A stretch of DNA of 64,000 nt from Octopus vulgaris (Eukaryota): the NCBI GenBank assembly GCA_951406725.2, contig OX597821.1, positions 6,696,001 through 6,760,000 of the forward strand, given 5' to 3'. Position numbers and translations under genes: made by a program. Positions 1 to 12,216 of this stretch are shown in pieces (within the stretch, counting starts at the first letter, position 1; every line of letters begins with the position of its first letter). The notes beneath the pieces are model-generated. The model was not told the DNA's origin. It saw only the letters and a list, made by a program, of their open reading frames with translations, and made no database searches.

Positions 1-177
1 GCCACCAAAGAGGTATCCCGTACTATCTCAACGTACTTTGCGGCGTTGATGTTGCCTTCGACGGCATAGAGCCGCCCAACACCACTGTAGCTGAACGCCC
101 CTCACACCATCAGACCACCCCCACCATGCTTCATGGTGAGCAAATCAAGGGTGCTAATTAATTTCTGACAGTAGTGT
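1..177 (-). mobile_element. End of an internally deleted Tc1-like DNA transposon (transposase remnant plus putative terminal repeat)
   Basis: Minus strand of 1-134 reads MKHGGGGLMV*GAFSYSGVGRLYAVEGNINAAKYVEI, the Tc1 KHGGG.VMVWG block with a stop. It abuts a TIR-like end (cactactgtcagaaattaattagcaccc on minus) next to a TA run. Confidence 0.75.
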
Positions 178-367
178 ATATATATATATAACTATTCTAT
201 AATTATAAACATAATTATAATTAGAGGTCAGCTAATTGCTTTGCCAAGCACTGAATTTAGAAATAGGAACTAAAATTCCATTTCTACTACCGTAAAGATC
301 TCCCAGACAGTAACACACTTTTTTACGTCGGCAAAAAGATAAAATAACGAATCCACACGACTCAGAT

Positions 368-434
368 TAGCTACATATGCGTTTCGAGATTGAAGTAAAG
401 TTATATTTACTTATTTCCCATCTTCAGTGCGGCA
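368..434 (-). ncRNA. Degenerate hammerhead ribozyme-like motif
   Basis: Minus strand: gca CTGAAGA t ggga...tctc GAAA cgcatatg TA gc. Core boxes present, stem I poor. Confidence 0.4.
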
Positions 435-699
435 TTTCAAATATGAATTTAAAAGGATTAGATATGTAAGTGATCGAGCGTCAGTGCATGACTGATATTC
501 ACCCAACTCTTTCAAAAATACACAGCCGAATGTGAACACATAATTATCCTCCTCAATACCCACGTGTGTGTTACAAGCAATCCAGCAGAAACTGCAGTTT
601 TTGATCAGGGAGTAAATTATAATTTCGATACTAATAATAAATATCATTATTAATATAGAAATTGTAAGCAGCCCATTTATGCGTATCTTTCCTTCATTG

Positions 700-1415
700 G
701 ACATTAAATTCTGCTTGCAAAGACCTGTTGAGGCAAGTGAGATCAAGATCAAAATCAAATTCGATGTCTGGCATCTGTGTTAGTAGAGTGCTTAGAGCAC
801 CATTCAAGCGTAATCATTGCCCGAGCAGCTGACTGGATTCCATACCAGTGGCACGTAAAAAACACCATTCGAGTGTGATTGTTACCAGCATTGCCTTACT
901 GGCTCTTGTGCCGGTAGCACGTAAAAAACACCATTCGAGTGTGATTGTTACCAGCATTGCCTTACTGGCTCTTGTGCCGGTAGCACGTAAAAAACACCAT
1001 TCGAGTGTGATTGTTACCAGCATTGCCTTACTGGCTCTTGTGCCGGTAGCACGTAAAAAACACCATTCGAGTGTGATTGTTACCAGCATTGCCTTACTGG
1101 CTCTTGTGCAGGTGGCACGTGAAAAAACATTTGAGCAAGATCATTGCCAGTGCCGCTGAACTGGCTCCTGTGCAGGTGTCACGTAAAAAAAATAGCATTT
1201 GAGTGTGGCCATTACCAATACTGCTTGACTGGCACGTAAAATCACCCACTACACTATCGGAGTGGTTGGCGTTAAGAAGGGCATCCAGCTGTAGAAACTC
1301 TGCCAGATCAGATTGGAGCCTGGTGCAGCCATCTGGTTTGCCAATCCCCAGTCAAATCATCCAACCCATGCCAGCATGGAAAGCGGACGTTAAACGATGA
1401 TGATGGTGATGATGA
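700..1415 (+). mobile_element. 5'-truncated RTE 3'-end copy with internal 63-bp tandem array and (GAT)n tail
   Basis: 720-760 matches 28145-28180 (gacctgttgaggcaagtga..atcaaaatc) just downstream of the RTE ORF. Same terminal block (gagtggttggcgtta..aagggcatccagc...gcatggaaagcggacg) and gat tail as 28452-28595. Confidence 0.8.
845..1130 (+). repeat. 63-bp tandem repeat, about 4.5 near-perfect copies
   Basis: Unit gcacgtaaaaaacaccattcgagtgtgattgttaccagcattgccttactggctcttgtgccggta. It explains the repetitive ORFs 848-1159 and 814-1089. Confidence 0.95.
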
Positions 1416-2102
1416 TATATATATATATTTATATAATTGATGAGGGAAGCTGAAAATAGATTTGGTAAAAGTCTTTATTCAGCGTGATGATCGTTTCAAC
1501 CCATCCTACAACTGCCCCTTACAGATAGGATATTGTGCATCTAGTTGTGTTGCATCAATCAGTGTAGTTTGTGTTTCCTCAGGTGTTTGGTATAAAAGAT
1601 ATCCTTCTACATATACTGAGTTCCTCCAGGCCTGTTGTACTCTCTTGTAGTATGTAGGTACACTGACAGAGAATAGAATAATTCTGGGGTTATAATCTGC
1701 AGATGAGTCTGGCTACCAAATCCATTTTCTGTTTCCTTCATCAATTATAAACCAAATGAATACTGTGTAATTCTTGATGTAGATCCAGTGAAAACTATGC
1801 CTTAACTGTCGATGACATCAGGTAGCCCAAACAGTAAGTGTGCTTTAATCATCATACTAATAGTCATATATCCAAAGTCCAAATAATTACTTATATATAT
1901 ATATATATGTATGTATGTATGCATGACTTCATCATCATCATTTTATGATCACTTTCTATGTTGGCATAAGTTACATTGTGGGTCATCACAATCTGAATCA
2001 GTTCCTTATCCAGACTAATACTGCCCTTTTAGGTGGGATAGGGGCCACATCTCACTCATACATTTCATTTTTGGCTTCATTTCTACACATACACAGACAT
2101 TT

Positions 2103-2137
<35 letters not shown>

Positions 2138-2147
2138 CTTTATTTAA

Positions 2148-2443
<296 letters not shown>

Positions 2444-3312
2444 ATATATATTATATATGTGTGTGTATGTTTGTATGTGTACGTACATATATGTGCATAC
2501 ATGTATGTGTGTGAGTATGTGTTTGTGTATATGCATGTGTGTGTGTATGTGTATGTGACACACCCATACACATATTATAAGCTTGTAAACATGACTGTGG
2601 TTAGCATGTGACAATATCGTTCCTAAGTCCATTAATGCATCAAAACCTTCTTCTGAATGACCTAGAATTTATCATCAAACAATTTTAAATCAAGCAATGA
2701 TGATTTCATCAGTTGCAACATTATTCCAATGATCTCTTGCTGCCTACTACAAAACACAGTAATATTGCATTCTCACTTCAGATAGATAGATAAATACATA
2801 CGTACATAGCAACATATATTTTTGATAGAGTTTGGTCTAATACACTGATTCTCACCCCTTCAATATATATATATATATATATATGTGTAAATATATCATC
2901 ATCATCATCATCATCATCATCATTGTTTAATGTCTACTTTCCATGCTAGCATGGGTTGGATGATTTCACCGAGGACTTGCAAACCAGATGGCTGCACCAG
3001 GCTCCAATCTGATCTGGCAGTGTTTCTACAGCTGGATGCCCTTCCTATATAAATGGATAGATAGATAGATAGATATCATCATCATTTAATATCTGTTTTC
3101 CATCCTGGCATGGTTTGGGCTAATATATATATATATATATATATTTGTATATATCATGATAATCATTATCATCATTTAATGTTTACCTTCCCAATCTTAC
3201 ATGGATTGGACGGAGTTTAAGGTAGATTTTCTACTGATGGACACCCTTTCTGTTGCTGCCAACCTTCCCTTGTTTCCAAGGAAGATTATATATATATATA
3301 TATATATATATA

Positions 3313-3626
3313 TCATCATCATCATCATCATCATTTAACGTCCGCTTTCCATACTAGCATGGGTTGGACGGTTCAACTGGGGTCTGGGGAGCCCGAAGGC
3401 TGCACCAGGCCAGTCAGATCTGGCAGTGTTTCTACAGCTGGATGCCCTTCCTAACGCCAACCACTCCGAGAGTGTAGTGGGTGATTTTATGTGCCACCGA
3501 CACAGGTGCCAGACGAGGCTGGCGAATGGCCACGCTCGGATGGTGTTTTTATGTGCCACCGACACAGGTGCCAGACGAGGCTGGCCAACGGCCACGCTCG
3601 GATGGTGTTTTTATGTGCCACCGACA
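3313..3626 (-). mobile_element. RTE 3'-end/SINE-like copy; related copies at about 2895-3048, 11545-11862, 19465-19838, 22519-22850, 45430-45600, 50107-50505
   Basis: (cat)n followed by aacgtccgctttccat..tagcatgggttggacgg...ggatgcccttcctaacgccaaccactcc and variable ~60-bp units; reverse complement of 28300-28595. Confidence 0.85.
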
Positions 3627-3649
3627 TATATATATATATATATATATCT

Positions 3650-4050
3650 TTTACTTTTTACTTGTTTCAGTCATTAGACTGTGGCCATGCTTGGGCACTT
3701 CCTTAAAGAATTCTTAGTTGAATGAATCACCTCCCATTACATTTTTTTCTAAAGCCTGGTACTTATTCTATCAGTCTTTTTTGCCGAACTGGTAAGTTAC
3801 GGGTATGTAAACACTCCAACACTGGTTGACTAGCAGTGGTGGGGGACAAATACAGACACAAAGATACACACACAAACACATACACACACAAAACCTCTTT
3901 CAGTTTCTGTCTATCAAATCCACTCACAAGTTACATTGGTTGTCCCAAAGCTCTAGTAGAAGACAGCTGAACAAGGTGCTATGCGGTGGGACTGAACTCT
4001 GAATCATGCGGTTGGGAAGCAAACTTCTTACCATACAGCCATGCCTGCAC

Positions 4051-4052
<2 letters not shown>
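3650..4052 (-). mobile_element. tRNA-derived SINE, diverged copy of the family at 21300-21695
   Basis: Shares ttttacttgtttcagtcatt...ggtacttattctatc...gtgggactgaac...cttaccatacagccatgcctgcacc blocks with other copies. Confidence 0.8.
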
Positions 4053-4110
<58 letters not shown>

Positions 4111-4265
4111 AATAAATATAAGAGAGTGTTCACTATATTGATCACTCTAGCACTAGTTAATCCAAGAGGTTTCAACCACGAAAAATACATGTTTCCCATG
4201 AAAGCCGGTACGACTGTTAGTTCACACGGACAGGGCAAATAAAAAATAACAAAAATACAGATTAT

Positions 4266-4343
4266 CTTGGGACAATTGTTTCGCTATTAATGAATTAAAT
4301 GTAATATTACTTACAGTAATCCATTTGTAGCTCTTCAGCCAAG
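4266..4343 (-). ncRNA. Type I hammerhead ribozyme, array unit 1
   Basis: Minus strand: cttgg CTGAAGA gcta [41 nt] tagc GAAA caattg TC ccaag. Stem I cttgg/ccaag, stem II gcta/tagc, palindromic stem III caattg, GUC site (predicted cut between 4271 and 4270). Confidence 0.9.
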
Positions 4344-4800
4344 GCTATCTTGATGAAATCCACTTAATCACACGCCAGATTTTACCATAACGATAATTAC
4401 GCGTGCGGTTCAATTGATTACATCGGACGTTATAATTCAAATGCCCCAACCAACAGCGCGCCAAACTCTCACGGAAAAACAAATACAGCATTTAGAAATA
4501 AATGCAGCATAATTATAATTAATTAATAAGGGTGAGAGAATTAGATACTAATTTAATAGTATATTTATTCCACACCAAGTGGCCTAGTGCTACGAGAAAC
4601 CTGGATTATTATAATATTTTATAACATATTATAATATTTTCACAAAATAAATATAAGAGAGTGTTCACTATATTGATCACTCTAGCACTAGTTAATCCAA
4701 GAGGTTTCAACCACGAAAAATACATGTTTCCCATGAAAGCCGGTACGACTGTTAGTTCACACGGACAGGGCAAATAAAAAATAACAAAAATACAGATTAT

Positions 4801-4878
4801 CTTGGGACAATTGTTTCGCTATTAATGAATTAAATGTAATATTACTTACAGTAATCCATTTGTAGCTCTTCAGCCAAG
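4801..4878 (-). ncRNA. Type I hammerhead ribozyme, array unit 2
   Basis: Same sequence as 4266-4343. Confidence 0.9.
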
Positions 4879-5335
4879 GCTATCTTGATGAAATCCACTT
4901 AATCACACGCCAGATTTTACCATAACGATAATTACGCGTGCGGTTCAATTGATTACATCGGACGTTATAATTCAAATGCCCCAACCAACAGCGCGCCAAA
5001 CTCTCACGGAAAAACAAATACAGCATTTAGAAATAAATGCAGCATAATTATAATTAATTAATAAGGGTGAGAGAATTAGATACTAATTTAATAGTATATT
5101 TATTCCACACCAAGTGGCCTAGTGCTACGAGAAACCTGGATTATTATAATATTTTATAACATATTATAATATTTTCACAAAATAAATATAAGAGAGTGTT
5201 CACTATATTGATCACTCTAGCACTAGTTAATCCAAGAGGTTTCAACCACGAAAAATACATGTTTCCCATGAAAGCCGGTACGACTGTTAGTTCACACGGA
5301 CAGGGCAAATAAAAAATAACAAAAATACAGATTAT

Positions 5336-5413
5336 CTTGGGACAATTGTTTCGCTATTAATGAATTAAATGTAATATTACTTACAGTAATCCATTTGTAG
5401 CTCTTCAGCCAAG
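5336..5413 (-). ncRNA. Type I hammerhead ribozyme, array unit 3
   Basis: Same sequence as 4266-4343. Confidence 0.9.
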
Positions 5414-5869
5414 GCTATCTTGATGAAATCCACTTAATCACACGCCAGATTTTACCATAACGATAATTACGCGTGCGGTTCAATTGATTACATCGGACGT
5501 TATAATTCAAATGCCCCAACCAACAGCGCGCCAAACTCTCACGGAAAACAAATACAGCATTTAGAAATAAATGCAGCATAATTATAATTAATTAATAAGG
5601 GTGAGAGAATTAGATACTAATTTAATAGTATATTTATTCCACACCAAGTGGCCTAGTGCTACGAGAAACCTGGATTATTATAATATTTTATAACATATTA
5701 TAATATTTTCACAAAATAAATATAAGAGAGTGTTCACTATATTGATCACTCTAGCACTAGTTAATCCAAGAGGTTTCAACCACGAAAAATACATGTTTCC
5801 CATGAAAGCCGGTACGACTGTTAGTTCACACGGACAGGGCAAATAAAAAATAACAAAAATACAGATTAT

Positions 5870-5947
5870 CTTGGGACAATTGTTTCGCTATTAATGAATT
5901 AAATGTAATATTACTTACAGTAATCCATTTGTAGCTCTTCAGCCAAG
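5870..5947 (-). ncRNA. Type I hammerhead ribozyme, array unit 4
   Basis: Same sequence as 4266-4343. Confidence 0.9.
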
Positions 5948-6404
5948 GCTATCTTGATGAAATCCACTTAATCACACGCCAGATTTTACCATAACGATAA
6001 TTACGCGTGCGGTTCAATTGATTACATCGGACGTTATAATTCAAATGCCCCAACCAACAGCGCGCCAAACTCTCACGGAAAAACAAATACAGCATTTAGA
6101 AATAAATGCAGCATAATTATAATTAATTAATAAGGGTGAGAGAATTAGATACTAATTTAATAGTATATTTATTCCACACCAAGTGGCCTAGTGCTACGAG
6201 AAACCTGGATTATTATAATATTTTATAACATATTATAATATTTTCACAAAATAAATATAAGAGAGTGTTCACTATATTGATCACTCTAGCACTAGTTAAT
6301 CCAAGAGGTTTCAACCACGAAAAATACATGTTTCCCATGAAAGCCGGTACGACTGTTAGTTCACACGGACAGGGCAAATAAAAAATAACAAAAATACAGA
6401 TTAT

Positions 6405-6482
6405 CTTGGGACAATTGTTTCGCTATTAATGAATTAAATGTAATATTACTTACAGTAATCCATTTGTAGCTCTTCAGCCAAG
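6405..6482 (-). ncRNA. Type I hammerhead ribozyme, array unit 5
   Basis: Same sequence as 4266-4343. Confidence 0.9.
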
Positions 6483-6940
6483 GCTATCTTGATGAAATCC
6501 ACTTAATCACACGCCAGATTTTACCATAACGATAATTACGCGTGCGGTTCAATTGATTACATCGGACGTTATAATTCAAATGCCCCAACCAACAGCGCGC
6601 CAAACTCTCACGGAAAAACAAATACAGCATTTAGAAATAAATGCAGCATAATTATAAATAATTAATAAGGGTGAGAGAAATTAGATACTAATTTAATAGT
6701 ATATTTATTCCACACCAAGTGGCCTAGTGCTACGAGAAACCTGGATTATTATAATATTTTATAACATATTATAATATTTTCACAAAATAAATATAAGAGA
6801 GTGTTCACTATATTGATCACTCTAGCACTAGTTAATCCAAGAGGTTTCAACCACGAAAAATACATGTTTCCCATGAAAGCCGGTACGACTGTTAGTTCAC
6901 ACGGACAGGGCAAATAAAAAATAACAAAAATACAGATTAT

Positions 6941-7018
6941 CTTGGGACAATTGTTTCGCTATTAATGAATTAAATGTAATATTACTTACAGTAATCCATT
7001 TGTAGCTCTTCAGCCAAG
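6941..7018 (-). ncRNA. Type I hammerhead ribozyme, array unit 6
   Basis: Same sequence as 4266-4343. Confidence 0.9.
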
Positions 7019-7330
7019 GCTATCTTGATGAAATCCACTTAATCACACGCCAGATTTTACCATAACGATAATTACGCGTGCGGTTCAATTGATTACATCG
7101 GACGTTATAATTCAAATGCCCCAACCAACAGCGCGCCAAACTCTCACGGAAAAACAAATACAGCATTTAGAAATAAATGCAGCATAATTATAATTAATTA
7201 ATAAGGGTGAGAGAATTAGATACTAATTTAATAGTATATTTATTCCACACCAAGTGGCCTAGTGCTACGAGAAACCTGGATTATTATAATATTTTATAAC
7301 ATATTATAATATTTTCACAAAATAAATATA

Positions 7331-8412
7331 GTAGCACTAGGCCACTTGGTGTGGAATAAATATACTATTAAATTAGTATCTAATTCTCTCACCCTTATTA
7401 ATTAATTATAATTATGCTGCATTTATTTCTAAATGCTGTATTTGTTTTTCCGTGAGGAGTTTGGCGCGCTATTGGTTGGGGCATTTGAATTATAACGTCC
7501 GATGTAATCAATTGAACCGCACGCGTAATTATCGTTATGGTAAAATCTGGCGTGTGATTAAGTGGATTTCATCAAGATAGCCTTGGCTGAAGAGCTACAA
7601 ATGGATTACTGTAAGTAATATTACATTTAATTCATTAATAGCGAAACAATTGTCCCAAGATAATCTGTATTTTTGTTATTTTTTATTTGCCCTGTCCGTG
7701 TGAACTAACAGTCGTACCGGCTTTCATGGGAAACATGTATTTTTCGTGGTTGAAACCTCTTGGATTAACTAGTGCTAGAGTGATCAATATAGTGAACACT
7801 CTCTTATATTTATTTTGTGAAAATATTATAATATGTTATAAAATATTATAATAATCCAGGTTTCTCGTAGCACTAGGCCACTTGGTGTGGAATAAATATA
7901 CTATTAAATTAGTATCTAATTCTCTCACCCTTATTAATTAATTATAATTATGCTGCATTTATTTCTAAATGCTGTATTTGTTTTTCCGTGAGAGTTTGGC
8001 GCGCTGCTGGTTGGGGCATTTGAATTATAACGTCCGATGTAATCAATTGAACCGCACGCGTAATTATCGTTATGGTAAAATCTGGCGTGTGATTAAGTGG
8101 ATTTCATCAAGATAGCTGAAATGCAAATATGTAAGTAATATTACATTTAATTCATTAATATAAGATAATATATTTTTTATATAACTATCGTACCGGCATG
8201 AAACATGTATTTTTCGTGGTTGAAACCTCTTGGATAACTAGTGCTAGAGTGATCAATATAGTGAACACTCTCTTATATTTATTTTGTGAAAATATTATAA
8301 TATGTTATAAAATATTATAATAATCCAGGTTTCTCGTAGCACTAAACTTGGTGTGGAATAAATATACTATTAAATTAGTATCTAATTCTCTCACCCTTAT
8401 TAATTAATTATA
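7331..8412 (+). repeat. Inverted copies of the 535-bp unit (one intact, one internally deleted, one partial)
   Basis: gtagcacta at 7331, 7867 and 8336 is the reverse complement of the direct units. The second copy is shortened and garbled at about 8115-8205. Ends in (TA)n. Confidence 0.92.
7582..7659 (+). ncRNA. Type I hammerhead ribozyme in the inverted unit
   Basis: Plus strand reads cttgg CTGAAGA gcta...tagc GAAA caattg TC ccaag. Confidence 0.88.
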
Positions 8413-8423
8413 TATTATATATA

Positions 8424-8461
<38 letters not shown>

Positions 8462-10739
8462 TTAGTGAAGCATTTTGTGTCCTTCCTTTCTTTATTAAAG
8501 AAAAGACAAATTAGAATTTGCATCCATATAATTCTTCTTTCTTCAGTATATTCTTATTAAATCTGGCAGTTTGTTTGCCCCTTTTAAATAGAATCTACCA
8601 CCTAAGGGCCTTGCTACCCTATGAGAACACTGCGCAATAGCACTGGGCTAGTAAATAGATGGATGACTAGATTGATATACAAATGAATAGATTGTTGGTT
8701 AGATGGATAAATCAATAGCTGAAAAGCTTAGATAAAATAATTGAATTTCTTTTTGATATCGTTGATAAACAGTAAGAAACATTTATTTCAAAATGATTCT
8801 ATTTAATACAATGTAATGTTTTCCAATAAACTATTCTCCTTTAGTCCTGTCTTTTAAAACAATCAGCCATTATCTCTTCAAAATAAAACCAAACCCAAAA
8901 CCTCTCTTTGATGAAGACTTGCTAAAATATTGTATTATAATAAATATGTCTTTTATCATGACACAGCGCAGAAAATCCCTCTCATGTTATACAGCCAAGC
9001 TTAAGGCTGGCAGCTGCCAGTCTTATGATTGCATACATCAGCACTAAGATGCTGCTGCAGGCCTTGGTGGTAAGTAAACTGGATCAGTGCTCTGTTTTTA
9101 AGACACTAAATAATTTGGTGATGGGTCTGTTCTTATTCTTATTCTGCTCTGCTTACTGCATAACTACTAACATTTCTTAAACGCCTACATCACTCCTGTC
9201 TTTCTAAAATAGTAAGTCTTGGGAATACTTGTGTTTGTTGTCTTTATCTTTCTCTCATATCAAATGCATAGAACAAGATATATTATTATGTATATAAATA
9301 CTGTGACGGTGTCTTAGGGTGTTGGGTTCTTGGTTATAAGTGGTGGGTTTGATTTTGGGACCAGACAACATGTGTCCTTGAATGGGGCACTTCATTTCAT
9401 AAAACTGCAGTCCACTTAGCTGAAAATGAATATGACTGGTTCTGAAGAGTAGATATTTGTTAACCCTATGATGTTTTGTTCAGTAGGGAGTCTTGTATGA
9501 GAGTCTATATGTCTATAGAAGGCATGATGTCATTAAGATTTTAAATTTCTGATTTAAAACTGATGAATTCAAACTGTGCCTAGCCATAGGTTGTTGTTGT
9601 TTAGCACCAGATCAACCTTGACTCAGTAGACCATTGATCAAAGGAATCAAAGACATTCCAGGTACAACCATCTAAACTCTTTAACAATATCTTAGATTAC
9701 TTTATAAAATGTGTCCTTTATTTATGATGGTAGGGCATGATTGGAAGGAAATTTGCTTAGGCTGATCATGGTGCATCATTCAGCATCACTGTCTGGGCCT
9801 TGGATACCTTTAGTATTGGGTTGTAAGCCTGAATATGCTTACGCGATCCTTCTTTGTTGCTTTTATTGGATATTAGGCCTAACATTCTGTCTAATTTAGC
9901 TTCACCACATAGTCTTTGAGTGTTTTTAGTATCAGGTTGTCATTCTAACATGCTGCCTAGTTCAGCATCACAACTGAATCCTTGGGTGTTTTTATTGAAC
10001 CAGAGACCTAAAATAATACTCAATTTAGCACCACCACCACCTAATCCTTGAGAGTTCACTCTGTTTCAAGCATTTAGACCAGGCCCTCTCCCAGTTTATA
10101 TTCTTCCTGCAGACATTGAGACTAGCTTCTGACCACATCAAACTCATTAGTCTTGGAGTGTGGGATATAAACATTGTGTGCACTGTTTACCTCCCTTGAT
10201 TAACGGCTGTCAAAATAAGCTAATGTGGAAAACTCTGTACGATCACACATCTTGCCAGAAATAGCAGTAAAATCTGCCTCAACTCACTGCTTTGCCTTTA
10301 AAAAAAAAGAGACATGTTAAATAGTATAGTCCTAGATATACAAAAAGGATATGATGATCACAATTAGAATGCTTTCCATCTTTGAGCTAAACAGCAGCTT
10401 GTATGTCAGTGGTTTTCAAATTTTCAGAGACCAGGCTCTGCCTACCAAAAAATATTAGTGACCTTCATTATTAATTACTTGTAATTTAGGCACAAGGCTA
10501 GCAATTTTTGAAGGTTTGGGTTTAGTCAATATTGTCTTGTCTAGTGCTCAACTAGTACTTTATTTTATTGATCTCAAAGAAATAAAAAGTTTATTGACCT
10601 TAGCAAGATTTGAACTCAGGATGTAGTGAACCAGAAGAAATACTGACAAGTGACTTTTGTGACATTCTAACAATTCATCCAGTCCACTTCCTTTAAAATT
10701 GTTTTTTAATGAGAAGACAGGGTTTGTATCTAGTTCTTG

Positions 10740-10963
10740 TAACCCTTTAGTGATTAGATGACTCTGTCAAATGCAATGCTTATTTACATTGTTTTGAATT
10801 AACCATGCACAATCGCTTAGTTTTGAGATTTTGATGATATGATTTTATACTTTTAGAATGACATTTTAGGGTAGGTGAGAAAGAGGCAGGATCTGGCAAG
10901 TTTGGACATAAAACAAGCAGAGTATTTTGGCCAGATATGGTTGCTTTAATTGTTAAAGGGTTA
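10740..10963. mobile_element. TTAA-type (piggyBac-like) MITE, same family as 24375-24602
   Basis: Starts taaccctttag, ends taaagggtta; internal similarity to 24375-24602 (aatgcttatt...ttttgaattaa...gagattttgatgat...ttttagaat). Confidence 0.65.
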
Positions 10964-11995
10964 GTTTTGGTGAAGCATTGTGAGGTATGATTATAAACAA
11001 ATTGAAACCAGCCATGAACAACAGGAAGGAACTACATGAAGCAGACTAGTTGCATGTCCCCCCCCCCACACACACACATACACATATCCACATGTGAGCA
11101 GCAACCTTTTCCAACCAATGCTTTTTCCAAATATCTTGAAAAGTGGGGGAGGTTCACCCTGAAATATAGAAATACAAGGTAAAACTGCAACTTTGTTCTG
11201 ATTTCTCTTCCTTTTGTAGTTTACTTTGTATTTTCTTACATTGTTCTGGCCTTACACAACTACATTCTTTAAAGCTAATGAGTTAATTTTAATTAGACCT
11301 GTCATGAAACCTAAGCTTCATAAGACCAGAGTTTAACTTGGTTTCTATGGAGAATTAGTGACTGAAATGGCAACACTCGTCCTTGAATAGGATGTCGAAA
11401 CTTATATACAGCTGAATGGAGTGAAGTGTTTAGCTCAAGAACACATTACATTGCCTGGCCTGGGAATTGAAATTATAATCATATGATCACGAGTGAAACA
11501 CCATAAGCACTAGACCACATACTTTCACAATTTTTATTAAACACGGCATGTGAAAAGCAATATTTGAGTGAGGTCACTGCCAGTGCCGCCGGACTGGCTC
11601 CCATGCAGGTAGCATGTAAAAACACCTTTTGAGCGTGGTCATTGCCAGAACCACCTGACTGGCCCTCATGCTGGTGGCATGTAAAAGCACCTACTACACA
11701 CTTGCTGTGGTTGGCGTTAGGAAGGGCATCCAGCTGTAGAAACTTTGCCAGATCAGATTGAGCCTGGTGCACCCTCTGGTTCACCAGTCCTCAGTCAAAC
11801 CGTCCAACCCATGCCAGCATGGAAAGCAGGTTTTAAATGATGATGATGATGATGATGATGACAGCAATATCGACACTTCCATGTTTTCATTCCTGAAACC
11901 CCTTACGTCATGCTATGAGAAACAATGCATTACTGTGCGTAACTGAACTAGCAATCTGTCATGTGAGAGGAAATGCTAGAATGACTATCACTATA

Positions 11996-12216
11996 TACGA
12001 GGAGGTGCTGAAAAGATCCTGGCTTTGAGTAAAAAGAAAATACAGGAGGATCAGTGAATTATGATTTTATTCAACATATTCCCCTCTAAGATTCACACAC
12101 TTATTGCAGCAGACCTTCAGTTTTTCTAAGCCCTGTAAAAGAACTAGAAAGGTTGGGCCTCCAACCTGGCCTTTTGTGATACCCGTAAAGCCAGAGATTT
12201 TCAGCATCCCATTGTA
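11996..12216. mobile_element. Mariner-type MITE; another copy at about 45727-45944 and a lone end at 13287-13320
   Basis: TIRs tacgaggaggtgctgaaaagatcctggcttt / aaagccagagattttcagcatcccattgta with TA ends. Confidence 0.7.

Larger units (their letters stand above)
4111..7330 (-). repeat. Tandem array of six near-identical 535-bp non-coding units, each with a hammerhead ribozyme (retrozyme / Penelope pLTR-like)
   Basis: agagagtgttcac recurs at 4121, 4656, 5191, 5725, 6260, 6796 (period 534-536). No ORF of 60 aa or more in the track across the array. Left flank is (TA)n. Confidence 0.97.

Noticed and set aside
845-1130. Repeat array resembling CRISPR or a repeat protein (ORFs 848-1159, 814-1089)
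   Set aside because: Units are identical with no unique spacers, no cas genes, eukaryotic context; it is part of the RTE 3' UTR.
4111-7330. Array as 5S rRNA, snRNA or histone repeat
   Set aside because: No recognisable 5S, U snRNA, tRNA or histone sequence in the unit; the hammerhead explains its conserved motif.
8967-9069. Possible exon ending gtg|gtaagt
   Set aside because: Good donor but weak acceptor and no recognisable product; not supportable as a feature.
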